Of a stretch of DNA of 64,000 bases, positions 21,993 through 34,600 are shown piece after piece; the first letter of the stretch is position 1, and each line of letters opens with the position of its first letter. The notes beneath the pieces were generated by a model. That model worked only from the letters and a program-made list of their open reading frames with translations, had not been told where the DNA came from and searched no databases. Made by a program: the position numbers and the translations under genes. The stretch is from Macrostomum hystrix (lineage: Eukaryota > Animalia > Platyhelminthes). The stretch covers positions 1,736,001 to 1,800,000 of the forward strand of contig CATNEN010000011.1 in assembly GCA_950097015.1 (NCBI GenBank). The letters run 5' to 3'.

Positions 21993-24117
21993 TGCTGAGA
22001 TGGGGTTAGAAAATTTAATGTAAAACTGCTAAACCAAATTGTTTTTTAAATCTGTTTAAAAATCAATGCACAAATAAAATGCTGTCTTTGATACACAACT
22101 TTATCCTGTCTAAGATGGCTTTATTAAAGCCAAATAAAATAATAATTATTTTATTGTATCTCAAATAAACAAAAATATTTAGTTTTTTGTTAATAACAAT
22201 AAGAAATTTAAATTGTCTTCACTGCATGTACATGTATTTCATTAAGTGTTATTTTTTATAATTGTTTTACTAATAAACAAAAATACTATTTCAATAGTTT
22301 TTACTACATTTATACATGTTCATACTTTTCAAATCTTTAGGTAGGAATATAAAATTGTTTATGTAAACTCAACAAGACAAAATACAAAACATATAAAAGC
22401 AGTAAAGATACATTATGACCATTAAATTTTTTTGTGCCAAACTGTGGCACAAAAAATTATAATAAGTAATAGACGACAGGCTAAGACACATTTACAAGTC
22501 TCATTGAAAATAATTTTACATTAATACACTAGGTAGCACAAGTAAAATGAAACCATAAATCCAGAATTTAACTGTACATTACTGGTACTTTCTTGTTGGT
22601 CGGACAATCACAAATTGATTATTTATTGCTGATTGATAATTTACATGCCTAAAATTATGACAGAAAAAACCAAACTTAAATCATAGATCTACTTTATTTT
22701 TTAGAAATTTAAACTACAAAGTGGTTTACTGACTTAATGAAACAAGCAATCAGTTTTGTTCATTTATGTATGTCGCAAATGTCATTAAATCTTAATAATA
22801 ATATAAGTGAAGTCAATGAAAGCAATGCAGAAATATTTTTTCGCGTTCACAGGCGTAAAAAATTTTGTTGTAAAACTTGAAACAGTGCCAGAAAAGAATC
22901 GACTTTTATCTACGAGAAGCGCTGCCGTGCCCTTAAGCTTAGGCTTGCTGGGAAAATCTTGTTCTGTTCCTGGATAATCGGGACTTTAAAAGCCTTTGTC
23001 CAATGTTTACGCAGATTAACAAGATATAATTATTTGTTTTGCTAAAAATGTACTGCTTAATGTCTTTCTCACAGATAAAAATATAAAAAAACGTCTGTTA
23101 AATAGTAGTACTTAATTTTTTAATCGATTTTTTATGGGTGGAAATGCAAATATTCAATGTTTTAAACCTCCAACAAAAGTAATGACATTATAAAAACTTG
23201 GCCTTATTTATATAATCAGTATCTTGCGATACGATTCCAAGGTTACTATGATAAACTGTGATTTGAACCATCATATTTTCGGGGAGGGGGTAAAAATTAC
23301 CTTCAGGCTATCTAAATTACAGGTTTTGATACATTTCCTATATACAAATGAAATGTAATTCATGTGACGAAAAAATAAGTACGAGATAAGGGCGCCAATT
23401 TTTTTTTAAGTTTGATTATTTTATAGAACTACATATGCAATTTAAAATAGAATATATAGTTGTCACGCATTATTATCAATTCACACTTTTCTGTTAATGA
23501 TGTAAGATGTACAATTCTTCTTTGATTTCTTCACAGCACTCTATTGAGCTACATACGTGACCTGACTACTCCCGGTGGGACATTTACAATACGCACCTCT
23601 GTACGCCCCACTATGCGCCCTCCCACCAGTCACCGGTGTTATGCCAACCATTATCCTAGGCAGAAAAGTATTCGGCTGAATAACTTTAGATGCGCTATTT
23701 TATTCGGGCCCAGATTGAATACGGCACAACATTAGTCATGCCAAGCGCACTCCTAGGCTGATTTCTCTCTGGGGGTGTACAAAATTCTCGTCCGCGCATT
23801 CTCGTCCGCAAATCTGTGGACAAAGTTTTAAAGTCGATTTACAGTATGTACGATACGTATACAGCATATACGCCATTTTACATTCATTTGTTATGCAACA
23901 CGTCTCCTATAAATAACTACAAGTCTGACTACACCGACTGCACTGAACCTTGCGCGGACTTGGCTTGGCTTGGACTTGGCTACAAGGCCGTGTTCGGCAA
24001 CGAGCCGCGACTTCCCCATGACAGCATCGGACCAGCAGACGCTGCCACGGTCGGTGACGTCACGATTCGTCATGTAGAGAGAAAGGCAGCTAAGCGCGTG
24101 GGCGGACCCCTGAGCTG

Positions 24118-24384
24118 ATGCGTCGGCGCATCCGTCGGGCGCAGCAAGCCATGCAGCAGTACCATCAGCAGCGTCTGGCGTCTGCCAGCAGCCTCAGCTT
24201 CAACGTCGGGGACAAGGTGCTGCTGCGGAACTTTGTCCGCGACGATCGGAAAGGCGGCAAGCTGAAGACGCCATGGTGCGCCAAGGTTTACACGGTCGAA
24301 CGTGTCCTGAGCAACAACCAGTACTGGCTCGCAGGAAAAAGTACAGCGATCAATGGCCGTCACATGAAGAAATACTACGAATAG
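24118..24384 (+). pseudogene. C-terminal (SH3-like/GPY-module) fragment of a Gypsy/Ginger-type integrase
   Basis: IRRAQQAMQQYH...FNVGDKVLLRN...RKGGKLKTPW..VYTVERV..N.Y.L....AING..MKKY matches the integrase C-terminal pattern. No DDE core is seen upstream. Confidence 0.6.
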
Positions 24385-24909
24385 GTGATTTACAGTATTT
24401 CTAACTGGTGATTTGCAGTATGAGTACTTTATCAATTCCTGGATTGTTTTAGTCATTTTGCTGTAATGCAATCTGCTGTAATCATCTATTATCTAATGTT
24501 GTCGGAATATTTTAAGACAAATAAAATAAGGCACGAGATAGTTTCTGTTCTGTTCAGTGGGTAAGAGAATTCTAGATGGCCGAATAAATTTAGACGACAT
24601 AAATATATTCGGCCGTATACTTTTGTCATCTTATTTCCTTCAGCCGAATAAAATTAAGCAGAAATTAAATTAAACGTGACACCGGGGCGCGGGTAGGGGA
24701 GGGGGTGGGGGTGGAGGGTAAATAAAATTCGTCGCATATCCTCAAAGTCTACTGATCGTAGGCTGTGTTGTATTTTTATGAGCGCAGTAATTGATCGACC
24801 GGCTCGAGCCGCCGGTGGGGGGCGCAGAGTAAATAAAATTCGGCGCAATTTCCTCACAGTCTACCGTTAGTAGGCTTTGCTGTATTTTTGAGCGCCGTAA
24901 AAAGCCTAG

Positions 24910-25170
24910 CAGCAGGTCCGCTCCTGCCCCAGCAGCTCCGCTCCTGCCCCAGCAGCTCCGCTCCTGCCCCAGCAGCTCCGCTCCTGCCCCAGCAGCTCCG
25001 CTCCTGCCCCAGCAGCTCCGCTCCTGCCCCAGCAGCTCCGCTCCTGCCCCAGCAGCTCCGCTCCTGCCCCAGCAGCTCCGCTCCTGCCCCAGCAGGTCCG
25101 CTCCTGCCCAGCAGGTCCGCTCCTGCCCCAGCAGCTCCGCTCCTGCCCCAGCAGCTCCGCTCCTGCTCCG
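24910..25170. repeat. 20-bp GC-rich minisatellite (CTCCGCTCCTGCCCCAGCAG)n
   Basis: Tandem units. It is preceded by two diverged direct repeats of about 70 bp (about 24720-24790 and 24832-24900). Confidence 0.95.
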
Positions 25171-25584
25171 CTCGCCACGCTGCCCCCTCCCTCCTGACCA
25201 TGTACTTTTCATACGTATGTTTCATTTTATTGCATGCATGCCGTATATATAAAGCGGCAGTCACTTTAAATAAATAAAATTGAACATGCTGATGTAAATT
25301 TCCTATTCGTCACCGCTATAAATGGTTTACGAATATGTCTCTTCTAGTATCATTAAATACTTTTGACGCAGCTAAAGGTACAAATTTATTATCAATTTCA
25401 AAGCGAATATGCATATAAAACATGTTATAAAGCGCATTCAGAAAGTGAAAAGCCATGATTGAAAAGAAGAGTAACGAAAGTACATAAATCATTTATATTG
25501 CAATGTTTTAGACTCAGAGTGTCATCATGCCAAGACAGTACGGTGTACGTTTTTAAGTAAATACAAAGAGATACAAAGAGATAT

Positions 25585-26090
25585 AGAGAGAAATGGAGAG
25601 AGATGGTGAGATATAGAGAGAGATGGTGAGAGATGGAGAGTTATAGAGAGAGATGGAGAGATATAGAGAGAGATGGAGAGAGATGGTGAGATATAGAGAG
25701 AGATGGAGAATTATAGAGAGAGATGGTGAGAGATGGAGAGTTATAGAGAGAGATGGTGAGATATAGAGAGAGATGGTGAGAGATGGAGAGTTATAGAGAG
25801 AGATGGAGAGATATAGAGAGAGATGGAGAGTTATAGAGAGAGATGGAGAGATATAGAGAGAGATGGAGAGTTATAGAGAGAGATGGAGAGTTATAGAGAG
25901 AGATGGAGAGTTATAGAGAGAGATGGAGAGTTATAGAGAGAGATGGGGAGTTATAGAGAGAGATGGAGAGTTATAGAGAGAGATGGAGAGTTATAGAGAG
26001 AGATGGAGAGTTATAGAGAGAGATGGAGAGTTATAGAGAGAGATGGAGAGTTATAGAGAGAGATGGAGAGTTATAGAGAGAGATGGAGCT
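25585..26090. repeat. 20-bp purine-rich minisatellite (GAGAGAGATGGAGAGTTATA)n
   Basis: Tandem units are directly visible. Confidence 0.95.
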
Positions 26091-26532
26091 ATAATAAAAA
26101 GCTTAGGTAAAGGAAAAGTAATGATTGATAATATATTTTTGCATTCTTGCAGATAGATTAAATGTCTGCTGCAAAATATATGAACTTTTTGTTTCTTAAC
26201 CAAGAAAACTTAAAAAATATGCGCCATAATAGCGACAATGTCTCTTGTTTGACTGCCAACTTGCAATGTCCGGAGACCGACAACTGCGATTTCCTCATGT
26301 CAATCGGAGTCTAGCTGATTTTTAACAAAAGCACAGATATTTTTTGTTTACCTACGATTTTCCTTGATAGCAGGGCTATATTGTTCTACCTGCAACTTGC
26401 CGGAAGCCAAACTCTGATATTGTTCAGAAATCGATTTAAACAGCTTTGGCTTATCTACTAAAAGCGTCAACTTGGGATAAAAAGCAAAGATGAGTCTCTT
26501 TGAGACAACGAAATCCATTCAACTGAGCTGGA

Positions 26533-27474
26533 ATGGGCCTGCTGCTGCTGATCCTGGTCCCACTGTTAAGCTTCGAGTCAGTGGCCTGTCAGCAAAATCT
26601 AGCTGGCTACTATCAGACCAGTCGAACTTGTTTGAACTCAAGCAGATTGGCACCAGTAGCTGAAGGTGGGCGATTGTACAGTGCTGCTTCGGCCGCAATC
26701 TGCTCAGCTAAATGTCAGCCGCTGTCTCCGCCGACTCTGCAGTGGCATTTCTCGGCCGTGGATCGCAGCTGTCGGTGCCTCTCGCAATTCGCCACCTTTG
26801 ATCCGGAAACATTCGACGCCAGCTGCATCTCCTGGAGCCGACTGAACCGTCTAAGCACTGTCGGATTCTGGTTCCTGACTGAACAGCGAGGATTCGCAAA
26901 CTGCGGTTCAATTGGCAGTCCGCTAGACGGCTTCAGGATCGACGGGTCGATGATGATTTTGGACAGCTCCGGAGTTCAGTTGTCCGGACTGAAGAGAGAC
27001 GACAGGATCAGCATCAGCGGGATGAGCGACTCAGTTCAGCTGAGAGCATTCAACCTGACAGCATGGTTGCAGCCGGTGTTCAACAATGCCAGCTTGCCGC
27101 TGTGGGATTCCGATCAGAATGGCGCCTACCGCAGCGGCGTCTCGCTGTTTCCCGACATGCGGCAAGTCTACTTGTTCTCGCTGAACGCCACAGGAAATCT
27201 GATGTTCTACTTTGCTAGTGTCAGATTGGAGCTGAATCAGTGGAATTTTCTAGCTGTCACCTTTAATCCATCGGATCCGAGAGCTGGTCTGTGCGCCTCC
27301 GTCAACAACACTGTGCCAGCCTGTGCAAGCATCGATCCATCGGTGGCCCCAGTTGTCATGGCAACCGGCAACGAGTTCTGGCTAATCGGAGCGCCACAGT
27401 CTAGGGTAGCGGGAATTCCGCAGGCTTTCATCGGTCGACTAAAGTGTATCGGATTGTCGACTACCGAGTGCTGA
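26533..27474 (+). CDS. Secreted protein with a Cys-rich (PAN/apple-like) N-domain and a LamG/concanavalin-A-like C-domain, intronless, 313 aa
   Basis: Signal peptide MGLLLLILVPLLSFESVAC and Cys cluster ICSAKC..CRCL. LELNQWNFLAVTF and FIGRLKCI resemble LamG_3/pentraxin strands. Confidence 0.7.
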   Translation: MGLLLLILVPLLSFESVACQQNLAGYYQTSRTCLNSSRLAPVAEGGRLYSAASAAICSAKCQPLSPPTLQWHFSAVDRSCRCLSQFATFDPETFDASCISWSRLNRLSTVGFWFLTEQRGFANCGSIGSPLDGFRIDGSMMILDSSGVQLSGLKRDDRISISGMSDSVQLRAFNLTAWLQPVFNNASLPLWDSDQNGAYRSGVSLFPDMRQVYLFSLNATGNLMFYFASVRLELNQWNFLAVTFNPSDPRAGLCASVNNTVPACASIDPSVAPVVMATGNEFWLIGAPQSRVAGIPQAFIGRLKCIGLSTTEC

Positions 27475-28667
27475 GTCTCGATGAAAGAATTGAGCTGGCT
27501 GGATATTGCGAATAAGCGATACTGAATTGTAACGTAGTCTATGGCAATCCGAAGTCACTCATATCAGCTATCTAAATGATAAAGCTATGAACATGATAAA
27601 GCTTGTTGTTTAAGCTTTTGCTTCTGAAATGTCTGTTTAAAATCCGAAATTTCTGATGGTTAAATAAAAAAATAAAATTGTTTGACGATAAAGTTAGCTT
27701 CCCAAATAGCCAAGTTATACCGAGTCCGCAGACTGAACAGCTGCACACAGCTGCACACAGCTAACATTATTTTTAAGTACCGCTAAATACGACGCAAACG
27801 TGACTGACTACTACCAGTAGATCTGTCAAGATAACGATGAGAATTTAACGGAAACGATTAAGGAATATACGAAAATGGAATATAAGGTTGGGAAAAGGAC
27901 GATTAGGAAATTGAGGATTAGAAATTTAAGGATTAGGAAATATTTTCCTACGGCAAGCACAGCAGCATTAGATTTTTATCAAGAAGTAACTTGTTCCATC
28001 ATGCCAGCCTGTTACTGGATTTACTGAACTCGAAAACGTTTTAATTGCGCAATTGCGAGCGTAACTATAATCTAACATAAAGTTGTCTCATCTGTTTCTA
28101 TTTGTTGTCGAGTGTGTTTAGTAGAAAAAACATACAGAAAGCAAAGAGAGACTTGCAAATAGTATTTGTCTAGGGCAGAGACCTAGGTTGAAGCAATGAG
28201 CCACCAGCTGTGGGGTGGTACAAACTCAGTACATAATCTGATGCCTATATTTAGTGGCGCCTAGCTTCTCTGTATCGCGCCCCTTCGATTGAACAGCAGC
28301 AGCAGCAGCCATCGATCCGTCTCATTGGTTGGTGCCGTCGTGAGACGAGTAAGGATGTGGCGGGTGGGATGGGGATCTGTTTGCCCTGGCTTTATCCCCC
28401 CTTCAGTCTGAGTGGAGTGGATGAGGCGGCAATGGGTGTGTCGCGGCTGAGTCTATAGACAAGAGCTTGCTGCCATACCGTCCTTTCTCTCAGCTTCCAC
28501 ATCTGCAGGCAGTCGCAGAGCGTATTGTGAGGAGTCTGAAATAACCACCAATTTACTATACATATAATTCGACTATGAATGACGGCAAGGCAGCGATGAA
28601 AAAATGCTGTGATTGATAAAAATCTATAGATTTTTAAAGTCAAAAAAATCTCAACAGAAAATTAACA

Positions 28668-31600
28668 ATGTCTGGCTCGAGGCGAGGACTGGTTGCGCCA
28701 CAGAATACCTTTCTGGACAATATCATACGCAGATGCAATGGACAGCGTAAGTAACTCATTTGACATGTGCATATTTGAAATAGGTTACCTTAGGCTGAGA
28801 TGCGAACTACCGACCTCTTGATAAGAAATCTGTTTCGTGGTTTGGATAGATTAAAAAGACAAGTTTAAATTAAACTCAGCTGCTTCCAGCTTGCATATTT
28901 TGCTAATTTCCATTTTATTACTTCCTAGAAGTCAGTCGAGTTAAAACGAAAGCTCCGGTAAATTAAAAAAGACGGATATTAGAAGAGAAAATAGCTTTGA
29001 AATAATTGAATACGAGCAGGAAAACGAAAGGAAGCAATTACAAGCAAGTTGACGAAGTGTTTATGATTTTCCAGGACACCGATTTGCTTCTCCGTCTACT
29101 CATAAATCATATTTCTCCACTCACGGGAAATTATTATCGCAAGAAAAGACAGAATGAACTCGGCTGCCTCATTAATTTATGAACTCGTCTTAAATCACCG
29201 AACTAGAGTAACAGAATTCGTACTAAAAACCATAGCCAGAATCGCAGCAAGAACTGAAGCTAGAATCGCAGCAAGAACTGTAGCTAGAATCGCAGCAAGA
29301 ACTGTAGCTAGAATCGCAGCAAGAACTGAAGCTAGAATCGCAGCAAGAACTGTAGCCAGAATCGCAGCAAGAACTGTAGCCAGAATCGTAGCAACAACTG
29401 TAGCTAGAATCGCAGCAAGAACTGTAGCTAGAATCGCAGCAAGAACTGTAGCTAGAATCGCAGCAAGAACTGTAGCCAGAATCGCAGCAAGAACTGTAGC
29501 CAGAATCGCAGCAAGAACTGTATCTAGAATCGCAGCAAGAACTGTAGCTAGAATCGTAGCAACAACTGTAGCTAGAATCGCAGCAAGAACTGTAGCTAGA
29601 ATCGCAGCAAGAACTGTAGCCAGAATCGCAGCAAGAACTGTAGCCAGAATCGCAGCGAGAACCGCAGCAAGAACTGTAGCCAGAACCGCAGCAGGAACTG
29701 TAGCTAGAATCGCAGCAAGAACCGCAGCTAGAATCGCAGCGAGAACTGTAGCTAGAATCGCAGCAAGAACTGTAGCTAGAATCGCAGCAAGCTCAGTAGC
29801 TAGAATCGCAGCAAGCTCAGTAGCTAGAATCGCAGCAAGAACCGCAGCTAGAATTGCAGCAAGAACTGTAGCTAGAATCGCAGCAAAAACTGTATCTAGA
29901 ATCGCAGCAAGAACTGTAGCTAGAATTGCAGCAAGAACTGTAGCTAGAATCGCAGCAAAAACTGTATCTAGAATCGCAGCAAGCTCAGTAGCTAGAATCG
30001 CAGCAAGAACTGTAGCTAGAATCGCAGCAAGAACTGTAGCTAGAATCGCAGCAAGAACTGTAGCTAGAATCGCAGCAAGAACTGTAGCTAGAATCGCAGC
30101 AAGAACTGTAGCTAGAATCGCAGCAAGAACTGTAGCTAGAATCGCAGCAAGAACTGTAGCTAGAATCGCAGCAAGCTCAGTAGCTAGAATCGCAGCAAGA
30201 ACTGTAGCTAGAATCGCAGCAAGCTCAGTAGCTAGAATCGCAGCAAGCTCAGTAGCTAGAATCGCAGCAAGAACCGTAACTAGAATCCTAACGAGAACCA
30301 TAGCTACGAGTAGAAGCAATGTACCTTTTCTAAAAAATGCACTTAAAAAAATTATACGCTTTTTAATTTTGCTAGTTAGGTCAAATAGCATTGCTTAAAT
30401 ATTATGTAGTTTCATCAATAAAGGAATCATAAAAATTGTCAGACTCGCTGCTAGAAAGTCAGTTTGTTAATTTGCAAATAGGTTAGATCTTGTTCGCTAT
30501 TGGGTAAAGAATGTCAGCAAAGCGCACTTGCAAATTTTAAGCTTTGATAATATGCAGAGCGAAAAAATGGGACAATTTCTCTAAATAAGTAATTTTTTCT
30601 ACGACCTTAGCCTCCTGGGAAATTTAGAACTTCTTTTAAGTGGAAGATTGGGAGAATTAGAGGCTAGAGTAGCTAGATTATGCAGATTAGGTTCCTATTT
30701 CTAGGAAACTAAAAAATTGAAACTTCGTCGGTTTGGAGACGGGCGTCGGACTTCTCACAACGAAGTGTTCACGAGCTCGAATTCGCGGCGAGGCCACATT
30801 ATGTTTGAGGCTGCAGCCGCGGAGAGAACGCTTGTGGGTTTGTCGTGCAATTTACAACCTTAAGGAGGCGAACCTCGAAGGCTCACTCAGAGTGTGTACA
30901 GTAGCCGACGATGAGAATTCAGGTCGAATTTACACACCTGACAGTTAAATTGACATAACGGCCTCCTCGCTAGCTGCGGGTCGACTGTCGCTAATTTCTT
31001 TTGTCTGTGTCATATGGCTCTACTTTCGATAGAGCTGTTTCTTAGAATAAGAATTCGTCAGATGTTTCTAAGAAAAAACGATTCCATAGTTGTTATTAAG
31101 AAAAGGAAATTATTTTTTAAAAACCTTAGCTGTTTCTAAGAAAAAACTCCTTAGCTATTTCTAAGAAAAAAGTCCTGAGCTGTTTCTAAGAAAGTTATCA
31201 TAAAAAAGTTGCATTACGCCGGCACAAACAAATTACTTTTATAATTTCCTTCGCTCATTCCCGCTCTACGTCTCGTAATTCAATTAATTTCTGCAACAAA
31301 AAAGGTCATTGCATTGCAGATAGCAGCTTCTTGCTGGCCAATGCTCGCATTGTGGACTACCCCATCGTCTATTGCAACGAGGGCTTCTCAAAACTCACCG
31401 GCTTCACTCGGGCCGAGGTGATGCAAAAGTCGTGCACCTGTAATTTTATGTACGGCGAACAGACCGACGCTGAAGCCATACAGAGAATTGAGAGGTGCAT
31501 GGAACTGTGCGAGTCTGAGCAACAGGAAATTCTACTCTACAAGAAGAATAGTGAGTATTTCTCTGCGTCAGCTAGGTCATACAGATGTTAGCTTCTTAAT

Positions 31601-34600
31601 ACTGATGGTATGAGCATGGTCATAGAGGGACATTCGCTTCGTCATACGGATTATATTGTAAATGAGCATCGTCATGGAGGTACATGAGCATCGTCATAGA
31701 GGGACATGATCTTCGTCATAGAGGCCACATGAGCATCGTCATAGAGGGACATGATCTTCGTCATAGAGGCCACATGAGCGTCGTCATACAGACGGTATGA
31801 GCGTAGTCATAGAGGGACATAGGCTTCATCATAGGTTTATAAAATACAACTTTTATAACAAAATAAGTTTCTGAAGCTAATTCTCGATTTTTATCCCAAA
31901 ACGAATTTGCAACATTTGCAGAAACTCCCCTATGGCTGCTAATGTACATGGCGCCGATCAAGAATGAAAAGGACGTTGTCATTCTGTACTTGCTGACCTT
32001 CCGTGACATCACGGCCCTGAGGCAGCCACTGGAGGACGATGAGCAGGGCCGTGGTGCCCCGGCTGGTACGTTAGAGCAGGAAGTGATTATTTTTATCAAA
32101 TTTGGCAGCTGAAAACCGCGGCAAGCTAGCTACAATTGATAAATTGGTTATTTATAAATCATTGATTCCTTTGAAGTCAAATTTTCCGGACAAAAGCTGT
32201 AAGTCACGGTTGTTTAATCTCGTTAGCTTTACTAAAAACCCTTTGATCCCATGAAATTCAAAGCGTGAAGCAGGGAGGAAAAGACAGAGGAGAGATACCG
32301 GGAAAGGCGAGACGAAGAGGAGAAATATGGATAGAGGAAAAATTATTGCACTAACACGATAAAAACGGAAGAAATCCGGTTGGTTTACTGAAAAAATTAC
32401 CGATTCTATGGTTAGAGGTGAGAGAGTAGAGAGGTGAAAGAGTAGAAAGGTAAGAGAGTAGAGAGGTGAAAGAGTAGAAAGGTGAGAGAGTAGAGAGGTG
32501 AAAGAGTAGAAAGGTGAGAGAGTAGATTAGAGAGAGTAGAAAGATGAGAGAGTAGAAAGGTGAGAGAGTAGAAAGGTGAGAGAGTAGAAAGGTGAGAGAG
32601 TAGAAAGGTGAGAGAGTAGAAAGGTGAGAGAGTAGAGAGGTGAGAGAGTAAAAATGTGAGAGAGTAGAAAGGTGAGAGAGTAGATTAGAGAGGTGAGACA
32701 CTAGAGCAGAGAGTTGAGAGAGTAGAGAGGTGAGACACTAGAGTAGAGAGGTGAGAGAGTAGAGAGGTGAGACCGCAGAGTAGAGAGGTGAGAGAGTAGA
32801 GAGGTGAGACCGCAGAGTAGAGAGGTGAGAGAGTAGAGAGGTGAGACCGCAGAGTAGAGAGGTGAGAGAGTAGAGAGGTGGGAAGGTAGTGAGGCAAGAG
32901 AGTGCATTGATGCTACAGAGGATTTGAGAACAAGATCCTTAATAGGGGACAGTAGGGAGATAGTGCTGGAAGATTTATGAAGCGACGTCTGCGCAGCGAC
33001 TCAGGGAGAAACTTAACTCCCTCTGGAAGACAAAACTCTCCGTAAATTATCCCCAAGCTGAGATGACTAAACCTCCATCCAATGCCCTTGTCGTCATCAT
33101 CTTCCAATCGCGCAGCCGGCCTCAGCAAATTCGCCCGCCTTGCCCGTTCGGTGACTCGAAATCGATCGGTGCTGGTGCAGCTCTCGGCAACTAACTCGAC
33201 CGCCGCAGCCTCGGGCTCGGGCGCCACCGGAGCCGCTTCGACCAGTTTGACATCAGCGGCGGCGGCTGCCGCGGCTGCCGCAGTCGCAGCCGCGGCCCGA
33301 AACGAGGAGGCCAACAAATTTGAACAGCTTGGCACGGTGAGTCTCCCTGCTCAATTTGCTGCACTTTTGTAGAGCCTCGCAAAGGATTTTTTCGCGAGAA
33401 CGAAAATAAAATAGACTCGTTCAACCCATATCATCTCCTGCTCCGTGGCTATAAAAGGCCAACCCTTACCCTAAAAGACGGGACAGAAACAAAGGGATGG
33501 CATGCTGGAGCTTGTAAATTATTGAGAAGGTTCTCCCTGGCTGACGACAAGCTTTTTGCTACGCAGGGGATAGAAAGGTTGCTGAGGCCAAAGCAAGGGC
33601 AAAGTGGGATTTCTTAGCGCAGGGGGGAAGTTCGAGAATATAAAATCGGTTTCTTGTGATGGTCCTATGAGGGTCGTGTCGGTGTTCTTGCCATCAGTGC
33701 AGATTCCTTTTCATATTCTTAACAATGGCTAAGCGACAAAAAATTGTCGAGTTTGTTTAAGCCCGCCCTTCTGCTCTGCTTTTAGCTGAGTAGATCAGGT
33801 TTCCAGTTGCCAGCCTTATTTGGAGAGGTTGGAGGTGAGGTACGTGCCGTGTAGGGAAAATGATGCTGGAAGCTTTCATTTCAGACATTTTTATCGATCG
33901 GCGGGAAAAAACTTTTACAGAATTCTTTCCAGAATGATATGATCTTATTCCAAGAGTTAAATTTTTTTATATCATTAAAATTATATCATTATATCATTAT
34001 ATCATTGTCTCTCTGCAGACATTCGTTAGCAACGTTTGCAACGTACGCTGTGTTTTACCATGACTTTCCGAATCGGTCTGACTATACATAAATGATTCTC
34101 GTGATTGACATGACGAATGCGTCTTCGTTGACATGATGAATGCGTCTTCGTTGACATGACGAATGCGTCTTCGTTGACATGACGAATGCGTCTTCGTTGA
34201 CATGACGAATGCGTCTTCGTTGACATGACGAATGCGTCTTCGTTGACATGACGAATGCGTCTTCGTTGACAGAAAGAATGCGTCTTTGTTGAAATAAAGA
34301 ATGCGTCTTTGTTGACATAAAGAATGCGTCTTTGTTGACATAAAGAATGCGTCTTTGTTGACATAAAGAATGCGTCTTTGTTGACATAAAGAATGCGTCT
34401 TTGTTGACATAAAGAATGCGTCTTTGTTGACATAAAGAATGCGTCTTTGTTGACATAAAGAATGCGTCTTCGTTGACATAAAGAATGCGTCTTTGTTGAA
34501 ATAAAGAATGCGTCTTTGTTGAAATAAAGAATGCGTCTTTGTTGAAATAAAGAATGCGTCTTTGTTGACATAAAGAATGCGTCTTTGTTGACATGACGAA

